Shown: positions 42,755 to 57,072, counted from the first letter of the stretch. The stretch is DNA of 64,000 nucleotides from the human T2T-CHM13v2.0 reference genome, Homo sapiens (GCF_009914755.1 NC_060940.1), one strand, 5' to 3'. Notes: generated by a model not told the origin, from the sequence alone. Numbers and translations: made by a program.

Positions 42755-43215
42755 GCAACCCAAACCTTTGCCTTGACCTGCAGGTTTTGTGGGGTATAGC
42801 CCCTTCCTGCTCACAAACTTCTCTCTCTAGCCACACTCTTTGTTTCTCTTCCTTGATCCCACCTAAGTTCATTTTGGACTCGGGGACTTCGCTTTACTCC
42901 TGGCTTTGGGATGTTGTCCAGGTTCTTTAAAGAACCAGCTCCTTCTTATCTTTTAGGCATCAAAGAACCATTGTCCATCCTACATAAGAAAACTCCTTCC
43001 TGGGAGTCACTAGCATTTAATACGTTTATTCATATTTACTGCTCTTTAAAATAATCTTATGTGTTTGTTTGAATTGTTCAATTGCCTTTTTCTGCCAACT
43101 GGAACGTAGGTAGCATGGGGTGACTGTCTTTGTCCTGCTTACTCATCTCTCTCTTCTCAGCATGCAGAGGAATATCTGATAAAGAGCAAGTACTTGGGAA
43201 ATACCTGAGGAGGGA
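42755..43215 (+). mobile_element. L2 3' region
   Basis: cagctccttcttatcttttagg...actggaacgtaggtagcatgggg...tgtctttgtcctgcttac. Confidence 0.65.
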
Positions 43216-43819
43216 AGGAAGAAAAGAAGGAAGAGACAGAGGGAGGGGGGGTTAGTACTGGCAATAAGTTGATAAAGCTACTAGCCATTTGGACGACAGA
43301 GGTGTTTAGATGGTTTGGTGTGGGGCTGAGGGGCATCGGAAGCTGTGATTTTGATTGTGTCTATGAACTTGGCAATGTTAACGGTCATTGAACATGGGTG
43401 CACATTTTGTCCAATGCAGTGAAGAACTCTGAAGGCAGCTCCAGTCTTTCAGTGGGGTGTGCCCATACTTGATCACTATCACCCTATGCTAACTGGATGA
43501 CTTTGGTACGCTACTTACCCTTTTTTGACCTTGCCTTTCAGTCTGTATTATGAGTGCATCTGTCAAATCAGAGATTTTCACATTCTCAAGATTTTATCCA
43601 ATCTTCAAATACATCATAAGTATGTTTGTTTTAATGTCATGAATTGTTCAAATCTGTTAAAGAACTTCAAAATTATACATTCATCAGAACAGCCACATAG
43701 CCCCATTGGTTGACTATAAAAAAGCGACTATTACATCCTCATGAAATGCCACTTATTTAGTTACATTTTGAAGGTACAGGTAAGATTTTCTTTGAAAAAA
43801 ATGTGCCTTGCTACCACAG

Positions 43820-44386
43820 TTTTTTATATTTAATTTTTATGAGTACATAATAGGTATAGATACTTATGGGATACATGAGACATTTTGATACAGGGATACA
43901 ATGTGTAATACACACATCATGGAGAATGGGGTCTTCATCCCTCATGCAGTTATCCTTTGTGGTATAAATAAATCCAATTACACTCTTTATTTTAAAATGT
44001 ACAGGTAAGTTATTATTGAGTATAGTCACCCTGTTGTGCTATCAAACACTAGGTCTTATTCATTCTATTTCATGTACCCATTAACCACCCTTATTTCCTC
44101 CCCCGACACTACCTTTCCCAGCCTCTGGTAACCATCCCTGTACTCTCTATCTCCGTGAGTTCTATCATTTTTATTTCTAGATCCCACAGATTAGTGAGAA
44201 TATGCACTGTGTGACTTTCTGTGCCTGACTTATTTCACTTAACACAATGATCTCCAGTTCATTCTGTGTTGTTGCAAATGACTGTATCTCGTTCCTTTAT
44301 ATGGCTGAATAGTACTCCATTGTGTGCATACCACACTTGCTGTGTGCATTCATCTGTTGATGGGCACTTAGGTTATTTCCAGATCT
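43820..44386 (-). mobile_element. L1MA2/3 3' end
   Basis: gggatacatgagacattttgatacagg...tagtcaccctgttgtgctatcaaa...ttcccagcctctggtaaccatc. Confidence 0.92.
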
Positions 44387-44565
44387 TTTTATGGCAGCAG
44401 TGTTTACCGTAGTTCTACAAACTCACTTTCGAAGCGTGTTTGTCTTCCATGTTACCTCGTTACACATCAAGTTCCTAGTAAACATTTAGGATGAGGGTAA
44501 GGGTACCACAAGGTTGTGGGCACAGTTTTTGAGTTTGTTTTGTGTTAAAAGGGCCTGTGGAGGAT

Positions 44566-44986
44566 TGTGTTTGTGTTCTGGGACTGCCATAACAAAGTAG
44601 CACAGACTTCTCTCACATTTCTAGAGGCTTAAAGTCTGAAATCAAGATGTCTGCTGGGCCATGCTCCCTGTGAGGGCTCTAAGAAGGAAACCTACCTGGC
44701 TTGTCCACAGCCTCCGTTGGTTGTCAGCATCCTTGGCATTCCTTGGTGTGTATTGGCATTGCCCCACCTTCTTCCTCCATCACCTGGCTCCTTCTCTGTG
44801 TGTCTGAGTCTATGTGTCTCCAAATCTCCCTCTCTTTATAAGGACACCATTCCCTGGATTTAGGGCCCATCCTGAGCCAGTATGACCTCATCTTAACTAA
44901 TTATATCGGCAAGGACCCTATTTCCAAATAAGGTCACTTCTGAGTATCTGGGTAAACATAAATTTTCAGAGGACACTCTTAGTACA
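44566..44986 (-). mobile_element. MLT1C-like solo LTR
   Basis: ctgccataacaaagtagcacagact...gtctgaaatcaagatgtc...tatgacctcatcttaact...ccctatttccaaataaggtcac. Confidence 0.88.
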
Positions 44987-45454
44987 GAGATCTTCATGTT
45001 AGTGGGAATAGGCTGGGTTACTGTTTGTACAGGACATTCCCTCCCTCCACCTAAATTATCAACACAAAACTGTAAAACAGAGATATTTGGTCAACCTGTA
45101 TTTATTGGGAATTGCTTGCAAACATCCTGAACTATAGTAAGTGTTAGAAGGCAAACAAGAAGATAAGAACAACTCTAGCTTGAAGAACTGTGTGATGTCA
45201 CTGAGGAGCAAAGTGGCACTCAGAGAACCACTGCAGAATTATCAAATCCTAAACTTACTGGGCAGTATGTGATGTTAGAGTTTGGAGAAGTGCTTGATGA
45301 ATTTGGGCTGGTGTAGTTGAGTACACTTCTCCTGAGCAAGAGCGTGAGCTGAGCCATGAAGCATTGGTAGGACCCTGGAGACATTGAGAAGTGATGCTAT
45401 AAGGTATCTTAAAAGTCAATGAAGATGTTTGTGCTCAAGTCAGGAGCAAATGCA

Positions 45455-45862
45455 TGTTTCACTTTGTTGGTTGGTGCTGCTATAACAAAACATCACAGAC
45501 TGGGTAATTTCTAAAGAACAGAAATTTATTTTTCATTGTTCTGGAGACTGGGAATTTTCAGACTTGGGAAATGTCACATGAAGGCACCAGCAGGTCTGGT
45601 GTCTGGAGAGAACCCCGTCTCTACTTCCTAGATGGTGTCTTGTTGCTGTGTTCACTGGTGGGAGGAACACTGTGCTTTTAGGTGGTGGAAAGGATGGAAG
45701 GGCTGAAAAATGGTCTTACTATTGTCTCCAGCAATTTTATAGGGTCATGAATCCCATTCATGAGAGCTTTTCCCCCATAACTTAAGCGCTTCATAAAGGC
45801 AATTCACAACTAAGTTTGAACACATGAATTTTGAAGTAGACACAAACATTCAGACCATAGCA
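45455..45862 (-). mobile_element. MSTC/MSTD-like MaLR solo LTR
   Basis: gctgctataacaaaacatcacagactgggtaattt...aatcccattcatgag...aacattcagaccatagca. Confidence 0.85.
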
Positions 45863-46429
45863 CACAGGAAATGCCTGTGTCTGCTACAAGCAGAGAAAAA
45901 AAGCAAGGGAACTAATGGTGGCTGAATGCGGGAAGTAAAGGTCAAGTAAAAATGACCCCAAGATATCCAGTATGAGATTGGGAAAAATGGAATTAAACAC
46001 TTGGAAATGGTGTTCTCATCACTTACATGACCAGGTTTTCATTCCTTGGATGTGCGATAGGGTAAGAAGATAAAGTGAGTCATGGAATCTTTACTTGAAA
46101 TGCAATTCAATAAACATCCACCTCACCAAACCATTCTTTATTTCAGGACTGGATGAATTAATTCGAGTGTTTAAAAAAGAGGGGGCTCACCCCAATGTTT
46201 CTGCCACCATTGAGTAATAGAGTATTGGGTTTCCTATCGTGCTGTTATGATTGGGACAAGCGGAGCCATTTGTCTTTTGCTACATGGGAGAGGTGTTAAT
46301 ACCAAGCACATCCAGTTATGTTGTGAAAGGCTCTGTTGTAATTAGTCTGAGTCGAATCATCAATCAAGAGATTCTGCAATTATAAGCACCAGTCACACTA
46401 CATTGCTGTAGAAGGCGGTCATTCATGCT

Positions 46430-46990
<561 letters not shown>

Positions 46991-47059
46991 CGTTATTATT
47001 AGCCGCCTCCCAAAAGAATTTGACTATATTTTTCCATTAGTCTCTTTGTACCCATTGCC

Positions 47060-47410
47060 TTTCTTTTTAAATTATTTTATTTATTATTCAATATGTTAAA
47101 ACCTTTTAAAACATTCAAAAATATAAAAAGGGATATAGGGAAAAAGTAAGTCTCCTATCTACCTATGATCTCTGACTCCACATTTCCCTTTCCAGAAGTA
47201 AAGACGCGTTACCAGTTTGTTTTGTATTTTTTGTATTGTCTGTATATTTTCAGAAATGTGATATCTTAGGTATATACTAAGAGGGGTGTGTATGTGTGTG
47301 TATGTGTGTGTATCCTCTCCTTCCTTCCTCCCCCAACAAAGTGATTTCTGTACAGGCTACTTCGTCCTTCCCCCCGTCACTTAATGTATTTTTGGGGCTT
47401 GGGGGTGTCT
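47060..47410 (-). mobile_element. Old L1 (L1ME4-like) 3' end
   Basis: aaacattcaaaaatataaaaagggatatagggaaaaagtaagtctcc...ttccagaagtaa...gttaccagtttg. Confidence 0.65.
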
Positions 47411-47829
47411 ATGTTGCCAGCCTGTGAAACACGTGGATAAATATTCAAGTTGAATGTATAATTTTTATGGATTTTTGGTTATGTTTCTGTCTGTTCACTG
47501 CCTCATTCAGGCCACTTGAAACACATTTTTGTTTTATTATTTAGGACCCTCTAAATTGTAATTGCATGCACCTGCAATGATGTGGAAACCCCCTTATCTT
47601 GAGGACTGGTCTTGATTGTGTTCAAAGCCACATATTTAAGGAGACTGGAGAGCCTGTGGTTTATCCTCCTGAGTCAGAGCCTGAAATCGATGACCCTAAA
47701 CCCAGAGTGTTTTGTCTCTCACCTTGTGGGCGAGTTAATGGTTGCCACTCCGAGCTGCTGCCTCTGTAGGGTAGGGACGTGTGGATGCACACAGCAGAGG
47801 CTCTCATAAGGATAAAGGCCTCCTTATGC

Positions 47830-48195
47830 ACAATTCAAAAGAGTGACCACACCCCTCAGTCACGATTCCATGCTTTATCCACTTTCTTCCTTTGTTGTCC
47901 CTTTTCCCATGGCATCGCTGAACCGTCATTTCCTATTCATGTTTCATGCTCTCCTTACCTGTGTGTTGATTTGCATGGATTTCTCTATGTTGAATTTCCT
48001 TCTACCTTACATCCTTTCCACCCTCAAAGATCAACAAAATCTTGTCACCTTCAGGAAACCTTTCCTGATTCACCCAACTGGAATCCTTCCCTTTCTTTTA
48101 CCTAAACCTTGATTCTGTTATCTTTGTCTTCAGCACTTTTATCCTCCCCCCATAAATTGCCCTGCTCATAGTAGTTGCTCAATAAATATTTGATG
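47830..48195 (+). mobile_element. L2
   Basis: tcaccttcaggaaacctttcctga...catagtagttgctcaataaatatttg. Confidence 0.7.
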
Positions 48196-48648
48196 CCAAT
48201 CCCATGGAAATACCAGCATATGTGTGCATGCCCTTCAACTCTCAGAGACAATTAGACTTCCACTTCCCAAACTTAGGATGCCTCACTCATTAGAGAATTG
48301 ACAAGCTGCCTAACTGTTTGCACAGTCTCCAACACATTATAAATATTTGGATAAGTCCACCATCAATGCACAGTCATTGCAGAGCCAATAAAACATGACC
48401 TTGACTTTCTCCTGTTTGTTCACATGCACCCTACAGCATCATCTCCAAAGGCAACAGGAGCAAATGGTGAACAGCTGGGCAAAGGAGGTGTCCTTCACAC
48501 GTCCTATATTTGGAACTGGTGGAAATAGCCAGTATGATTCTGTGTCAGTTTAACAGGATAGATACGATTTTAAAATGACATCTTCATTGTGAACCAGCTG
48601 TGGGCAGGGGCTCATCTTGATATCACTTGTGCTAGGCTTTGAGTAGGG

Positions 48649-48862
48649 CAGAGTTTCTCAACCACTCCAGTATTGATATTTGGGACCAGATACTTCTTGG
48701 TTCAGGGGAGCTGTCCTGTACACTCTACGATGGTTAGCAGCACCTTGCTTCAACCCACTAGGTGACAGTAGCATTCCACACCCCACCTCCCATCCAAGGC
48801 CAGGTTGTGCCAAACAAAAATGTCTCCAGGCATTCCCAAATGTCTCCTGGTGGAAGAAATTG
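48649..48862. mobile_element. MER20
   Basis: gtttctcaacc...ggggagctgtcctgtacact...acccactag...aaaaatgtctccaggcattcccaaatgtctcctgg. Confidence 0.88.
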
Positions 48863-49244
48863 GTGTAGGGGCCAGAGGAATATTTATTAAATGAACAGGT
48901 AAAATTATCCATGTTTGAACATTATCAATTTCTATTTCTCTACATGAAGAACAATTAATCCTCCTTGGCAGGTGTGCAAGAGAAACGCATTTTACTCAAT
49001 ACCTAATTAATTGGTTAAAAAACAAAAAAACTTCTTGTAAACCGCCCCCAAATTCTAGCTGCCACCTTGTTATACTCCGAAATGTGGTGAATTTGTGCCT
49101 CCATCTGTTACCCAATCTATATAACTTGACATTTGCTAAAAAGTACCCTATTAAAGAGGGTTGTTTTTATTGTAAACTACTTTTCAAATAAAAGCATATT
49201 GCATTGACTGTAAGTTCTACTATGCATAAAAAATAATTTACCCT

Positions 49245-49558
<314 letters not shown>

Positions 49559-50506
49559 ATCCTAAATGTAACATTGAGTCAGCTGTTTTCACTGATAGCA
49601 CAGCTATGGTATGAAGTAAGATACTACAGGTATATTGAAATAAGAACCATTAGTGATTTATTGCTAAATAATTGCATAGACTCCACAACACGTACGGAAG
49701 AAGGTGTTTAAAGTTCTACAAAACGCCAAGTTGTAGTAACACTTGAGAATCTGAACTGCATGTCTTGTTGATATTTCTTTAACATTTTTATTAAATATTA
49801 TCCCTAGTTTATTGAACAGAGTCAGCTCAGTGAGATATAAACATGAGGTGACTTTTTCTCCACTCACTGCTCCCAAATTCAGAATTGCATATTCTTCCCC
49901 TTCCCCTAGAAATAACTCAGATTTTTCAACTTTCTGGTCCCTTTTGGTTATTAGATATAGTCTCAATGGGTATTTATGTCTCTGTCATTTTCTCTTTCAA
50001 AGTAGCTATTTTACAATGTGTTTAAAGTTTCTTTTCTTCCCTTGTCAGTCAGACTTGTAGCTTCCGAAAAGGAGACAGTGTGTGGTGTTTTTCTTTCCTC
50101 CCCTTCTTTTATCTTAGAATGAAGAGGGAGGATTTTGTATGACTTTGGAGCATTTTTTCCTTTCTTCTTCCGGCCCTCTAGATCTGATGGAGTTTGGGGG
50201 CAGGAAGAAGCGGCAAAGAGTCATAGCTCTCAAGCTCAACAGTGTGCTTGCATTCCTCTTATTTGGCATGGTAAGCATGAGTGAGTTTACTGTCACTCAC
50301 ATAGTTCCAGCAGAAACAGCTGAGCTTGAGCCAGTTTGGTGCTACATTCCAAGAGGCTCACCTGCAAGATGGGGAGACAGTGGGCTGTAGCAACATTGTT
50401 GCTATTTGTCTGGTTTCTTTGTTGTAAATATTCAAATTCTTTCTTTCTCACGATGCATAACTATCACAGATACCTCAAATAGACATGCAGGGGCTTCTTT
50501 GCTCCT

Positions 50507-50883
50507 TGTATTAGTCTATTTTCACGCTGCTGATAAAGACATACCTGAAACTGGGTAATTTACAAAGAAAAAGAGATTGAATGGATTCACAATTCCACAT
50601 GGCTGGGGAGGCCTCACAATCATGGTGGAAGGAGGAGCAAGTTATGTCTTACATAGATGGTGGCAGGTGAAGAGAGAGAGCTTCTGCAGGGGAACTCCCT
50701 TTTATAAACCGTCCCCCCCCACCCCCATCTCATGAGACTTATTCACTATCACTAAAACAGCACGGGAAACACCTGCCCCCATGATTCAATTACCTTCCAC
50801 CGGATCCCTCCTACAACATGTGGGAATTGTAAGAGATATAATTCAAGATGAGATTTGCATAGGGTCACAGCCAAACCATATCA
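50507..50883 (-). mobile_element. THE1B/C solo LTR
   Basis: tgtattagtc...gctgctgataaagacatacc...cagccaaaccatatca, with TG...CA ends and a perfect 5-bp TSD ctcct. Confidence 0.95.
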
Positions 50884-51814
50884 CTCCTGTTTCTTGATTT
50901 GGAAGATCCGGCTCCAGAAAAACCCCAATCACCTCCCTTCCTGGTGTCTGTTCCAACCATGCATCGCACAGGCCATTGTCCCCCACCTTGCAGGTGAGCC
51001 TCTTGAAATGTACTAGCAAACTGGCCCAAGCTCAGCTATTTCTACTGGAACTGCATGAGTGACAGTCAGCTCACTTGTGCTTACCATGCCCAGTAGTAGG
51101 ATCCAGGTTGTTTCCCTGCTTCCCTTATTCCCACTCTGCCCCCGGTTTTTCCCAAATTCTATTTTTCTCCAGCGCTCAGGGACATCTCTGAGACAGCCAT
51201 CAAGTTTGCTGTGTCTGTAGACTTCTAACTGGGGAAAGACATTTCAACCTCCCCTTGTTGCAGGAGCCTCTGGTATTTGCAAGTACTTCACTTAGCATGG
51301 ACTCATGGCTTTGTGGGTGAGCTGAGGAGCAGGTACCAGAGCTCTCAGACATAGGATCAGTTTTCTTAAGACATCTTACTCGTTGCTAGATTGTTCCTAA
51401 GACCTATGGATGTCCTGATTATGATTACATTTAGGACAGGTTCTCATGAACGTGGGAAAATGGTGAAATATTTTTACTTTTCATAGTTTTTAATTTTAAT
51501 ATCATTGGCTTTTGGAAAATACCTATTGTTTTAAAACAGCTACCTAGGGTTTCAATAAAAGTGGCCTTAATGTTCTATTCCTCAGTGTACGAATGACCCA
51601 TTCTCGGAGCATATGTTGTCTAGTAGCCCTTGTCCTGCCTTTCTAGGAGATAGAGTTTCTCATGGACCCAAACAGGGCTTCTTAATGGAGATTTATAACA
51701 TCAAAAGGGATTACATGAGAACAAAGGAATTATCCTTCGTGTATGAGTATCAACCCAATTTACGAAGGAGTGAAATTAGACACTGCAGTTAATTACAGGG
51801 ACAGTCTCAACTTT

Positions 51815-52270
51815 GTGGACCAATTAGGGCTCATTGGTTGCAAGCAACAGGAACCAATTCCCCTTCTACATTAAGCAAAAAGAATACTTATTAGCAGTAG
51901 TCAGTGAGCTTACAAAATTTAGAGGTAGTTGAAAAAGCAGTGTTGGTAGCATGACAGGCACCAAGCCACTGTGAGGTCTCCTCCATGGGAAGAAATGAAT
52001 TCCAACTAAGTCTTCCGTCCATGTATCATTCTGCTCCAGTTCTGGATCCCAGAAGAGCACATCCCATTGGCCAGACTTAGGCAATACCTCCCCTTCTTGA
52101 GCTCACCCTGGCTGGGAGAGCTAAGATGTCACAGAAAGTTCCTTTAGGAAACTCTTTATCTTCCAGAGTGGGAAGGCAAAGTACCCAATGTATGGTCTTA
52201 CAAAGGCTGCATAAAATGGGGGAGCTGTAACTTCTCTTGGGTACTCTTAGGAAAAGGAAGCACCAACCAG
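51815..52270 (-). mobile_element. Old MLT1 (K/L/M-like) LTR
   Basis: ttggttgcaagcaacaggaacc...ttaagcaaaaag...cattggccagacttagg. Confidence 0.55.
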
Positions 52271-53494
52271 TGAGGAAGTGATCTCCATTCCCTTTTCATA
52301 GAGAAGGTCGATTTCTATCCTCTTGCCTGGAGGGTTTCAGAGCTGCCCTAGGCTGTACTCCACTCCAGGGTGGCCCTCAGAGACCATTACTGTTTCCTCA
52401 TTTCTTGAATGTATGGAGGACCCTCCAGTTACTTTCTGCTTTAAGGCGATGTTTATTAAACATTGTTTCTATTAGGGCTGTGCTCCTTCCTCTGTACCCT
52501 TTAAATGTTCATCTCCCTCATGCTGCCATCCCCTTCATGGAGATCATTCCTGCAGAGCGGTAGTCCAGTTTGCTCTACTTCCTGGTGATCGTCTCTTCTC
52601 GAGATTTCTTCCTGCACATGCACACTCTGGACTGTGCACTTTTCTGCTCTGGATTCCTCTCCTGGACAGTTGCACTGGACTCCATTCCCATTTGTCTGAG
52701 CTTAGGGTTTATGTCTTTTTAGGGCATTTACCGTCCCCACTCCTGTGTTACCGTCTCTCTGTGCTCCTAGCATGTACACATTGTGGAATGTGAGAAGGCA
52801 AAGATCTCAGACTTTCCATGTGAATTGAAGACCCTTCTCTGGCCCCTTGAGTGCCAGTGTCACCAACACCACTGGTCACTCTCCTCTCACTTTCTACCTG
52901 TACAAAGGACAGTCTCCCAGTGTCCCTGTGGAACATTGTGATTACTCGAAGTTGTCCTAGCTACTTGGGAATGAGTCCTAAGAAGATTCATCTTACTTCT
53001 GATGCATCACATGCTCTGTGTTGCAAAGCACACTTGGCATAGCCAGGAGCATCCTAGGTTGGCCTAGTGCTAGATGGCAGGCATTGAAAACTGTCAACAC
53101 CAGTACAGGAACAGGAAAGACAAACCATGGAACTAGATGAGACCCTGATACTGAGTTGTGGACAGATCAACTATAGTGATACAGGATTCTTGATTGTCTG
53201 CAACAGAGAACTTTTCTAAGTAACCTATGCACATGATAATTTGATTTGAATGCTTTTGGGGAGAATGCAGTATCATCAGGAAAATTTGAGAACGTGGCTC
53301 AGAAAATAGACAAAAGGGATGAAGGTACCATTAGGATCCCTGGGTAGAAACTCCCTGCTAAGGATGCTGTTACCAGCACTGTGATCACTGCCACGTGGCA
53401 CCACCAGCATCCATAGTCCTGAACACAGAGCAGTGGTTCTGGACTCTATACTTGACACAGCCTCCAGGGATGGTGCTTGATTGATCCTGTGCTT

Positions 53495-54845
53495 TTACCT
53501 AGCCCCTTAAGACCCAAGACATATGGTAACATACAGAGTCAAGTGATTTTTTTTTTTTCCTTGAAAAAGCACCAGTGCAATTTGAGGAGGAAAAGCAAGT
53601 CTTTTCAACAAATAATCCTGGACCTACTGGATGCTGGAATGGAAACATTTAACTCAGATCCATGTTTTCCATCGTAGACACAAATTAACTGAAGATAGGT
53701 TGCAGACCTGACTACAAAAGCAAACACTCGAAAGCCCCTGGAAGGGAACATAAACATCTGCCTTTGAAAACTGAGCATGGTCAACATTTTCCCAGATAAA
53801 ACACAGTACGTACTAAACATAAAAGAGAAGTTTGACAGACTTCCTCAAAATTAAAAACTTTGTCCCATAAAAAGACATTAAGAGAATGAAAAGTCAAGCT
53901 GCAAGGAGGAAATATAACAATGTATATTATATATATGTGTGTATATATACACACACACATACACACATATACATACATACACAAAGAGCTGTGGCTCTGG
54001 ACTTAAATATTTTATCGAGAGAAATGAAAACATATCTGCACATAAGGCTTCTTCAGAGATGCTCATTGCATGTTTATTTGCAATGGCAAAAGAAGAAAAA
54101 AGGGAAATTACCCAAACATCCATCAATAAATGAATGCATAAGTAAGTTGTATAGTCACTCAATGAAATGCTATCCAGCAATAAAAAGAAATGAATTGCTG
54201 ACAAGGACATCAGTGTGTATGTGTGTGTGTGTGTGTGTGTGCATATGCGTATGTGTATAACATACTCAGCAAGAGAAGTTATCCACCAAAGAGTCCATGC
54301 TTTATGGTTCTAGTTTTATGAAGCTGACGAACAGGAGAAATTGGCCTATGGGGATGGAATTCAGGATAGTGATTGTCTTTCACCCGCTAAGATGCCTCTT
54401 CAGTTTCTACCCAAAGACTTCATATATATTTACCTCTAGGCTGTCCACAAAACGGAGATGTGTGAATCATGCTTTTCATGCCATTGGGAAAGGACATCCT
54501 GTTCACAGCAGAGGTGATACAGGAGCATTAATCACCAAATGTTTAGTAAATATTGATACCCGGGTGATTTACACTAATTGTCACAAGACCGCAATCTACC
54601 TTTTATATAAATGCAATAAAAAAATCTTGGTTATAAAAGTACTTGCTTCCTTTGCATTTTTTCTGCTGGGGGAGAAGCACAGAATGCAAAGAGGGAGAAG
54701 GGAATTTTCTAAGGAGATGGCATTTCTATGCACTTTGACTGGGGTACTGGTTCATGTATATGTGTGTGTTGGCAAAACACCACGGAACTGTATACTTAAG
54801 ATCTGTGCAGTTCATGTAATTACACATGAATGACCATGAAAAGTC
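53495..54845 (+). mobile_element. L1ME-type ORF2 end and 3'UTR, with a non-L1 insert at 54377-54652
   Basis: gtcttttcaacaaat, aaaattaaaaactttg, gagaaatgaaaacatatc, caggatagtgattgtcttt...[insert]...gaactgtatacttaagatctgtgca. Confidence 0.85.
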
Positions 54846-55092
54846 CAATGAGGCATATCCTAATGGTCAAGCCTGGTCATATGTGCGCATTCAACATACA
54901 GAAAACTTGTTTGGTTTCTGTAGCAGGAGGTATGAGCTTTCTGCAAATACAAATGGTATTTGAAGGAAGGACAGTCATTCATGACACAGGTCTGCTACAG
55001 CATTGGATTCCGCATCCTGCAGCAAAAGCCAGGTGGGGACCATGGTTGGGATGAGATTCCATGGGAACAAGCCAGGAGTGAACAACTGCAGT

Positions 55093-55205
55093 TAGAGTGG
55101 AAAACGTGTGCTGGTTTGTCTGGGACTTTTTCTGTGTGAGCACTCAAAGTCTCATGTCCTGGGAAAATCCTCTGTTCTAAGCCAACTGGGAGAGTTGGTC
55201 ACCTT
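55093..55205. mobile_element. MER81-like hAT MITE
   Basis: ctggtttgtctgggacttt...gcactcaaagtctcatgtcctgggaaa...ctgggagagttggtcacc. Confidence 0.75.
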
Positions 55206-55359
55206 CTTTCCAGCCAGAGCTCTGTCTAAAGTTACATCTGATGGAGAAATTGAGGGATCACACTGGAAAAAGTGAACCCAGAGATTTACTTTGAAGCTCC
55301 TCTGGGTATGAGGTCAGTGTGGGATAATTGTCATGGACGAAGATTCACTAGAAGTCTCA

Positions 55360-55587
55360 CAAGCCCTGCCACCCTAAATCACATCAGAAAAGAACCCTAT
55401 GCATTTTCTTTTCATACCACCCAACATCCTAAAACCATCAGCTTAGTGTTTTCACTCCCATTCCCTATAAACTCCATGTGGTTTGTTCACATGTCAGGTT
55501 TATTCGTCAGTGTATCTTTAGCACATGTAAATGGCTGTCACAAATGCTTAAATGATTCAGTGAATGATTGAATGATTCAATGAATGA
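55360..55587 (+). mobile_element. L2 3' end
   Basis: gtgtatctttagcac...aatgcttaaat followed by a tgaa-type tail. Confidence 0.55.
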
Positions 55588-57072
55588 TCCCATCCATCAA
55601 CCGTTGCTCCAGGCTTCTTGTAAAGACCAGGATCCTGACCCATGGACATTTTTGAGGCTTTAAGCCACAGCCCTTCGAGCAAGGGCTGGAAGGAAGCCTC
55701 TTTCATCTTTCTCTGGGGCTATCACAACCAGCATATGTGTATTTAATTAGTCACTGCCTATTTTTATATGTTACACAAGCTCAGTTTCTCCCTCTCTGTT
55801 CTCTTTTTCTCAATAGTGGCAATGTAGATTTTTTAAAGTTTATTTTTCAGTTTCTTCCCTTTTCCTGCAGTCTCCCTCTAGAGATGACACTGACTTTAAA
55901 CTTTGACCCACTAAGATGCCTCTTTAGTTTCTATCCAACGACTTCATATATATCTATCTCTAGGCTATCCACAAAATGGAGATGTGTGATTCATGCTTTT
56001 CATGCCTTTGGGAATGGATATCTTGTTCATAGCAGAGGTGATACAGGAGTATTAATTACCAATGCTTAGTAAGTATTGATACCCAGGTGATTTACACAAA
56101 TCATCACAAGACCACAATCATCACAAGACTACAGTCTACCTCTTGTATAAATGCAACCCAAAAATCTTGAATTATAAACTTACTTGCTTCCTTGGACTTC
56201 AGATAAATCTCTAGTATCCTCAAGAGTCTTTCAATACTTTCCTGTCTCCAGCAAATCTCGTGGGAAGGAAAAAAATAGATATCACTTTGCAATTTATGTT
56301 TTTACCAGCATGCAATTGAGTAGATTGAATTGACTCCAAATGTTTTGCACATTCTAATTTCTGTCCCCTATTGTCCTCCCCTGTTGACTTCAAGTTAATG
56401 CATAATATGATATGGGACATCCCTCATAAATTCCGTATCATCAGAGTAATGTGGCTTTGATGATGTACTGCATTTTAAATTAGCTCTGTCACAAAAGGAC
56501 GATGGGGGGCCCAGGAGGTTTTTTTTTTTCTTTCTAATTTTCCTTCTGTTCTTGAAGTGTGATAAGTCTAATTATAGTTGGCAGCAAACAGAAGTGTTTC
56601 TTCAGCTAGTATGGCTTGTGAGGGTTCTTGGATTGCTATGATATCTTCAGATTTTTATAGTAGGTGTCTTAGACCCAACAAGTCAAGATGGCTTCTAAGT
56701 GGAAAGGTTTTAAAAGATTAAAGAGAGATTAACAATACAAGAAGTTAGTAACATTGATCTGTCATGGCCAAGTTCAGTGGTGCATTCCTGTGGCTTATTT
56801 TACTCATGGGAATTAAATAATGATAACATTTTCAGAATCTTAGAATAATTTGGAGAAGAGGATATGACATATCTAAATTATGTGTATACAAAGTAATTTT
56901 TGTTTCTTCTAATACTCTACTAGTCTAAGGGGATTCCTTCCTATCCATTGTCTTTTCTGGGGAAAGAAACCAAATGTACAGTCCTACGTACGGTAGGAAG
57001 AATAGCTATAGCTCCTCTCAGCTCTGGTATAGGAAACATGCTCTAATGAATTTTCCTTCCAGCGTTCCATAC

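Noticed and set aside
54297-56069. Paralogous ORFs sharing PLRCLFSFYP...HSRGDTG
   Set aside because: Product of the DNA duplication; many non-synonymous changes, a frameshift in one copy, and one ORF begins in L1
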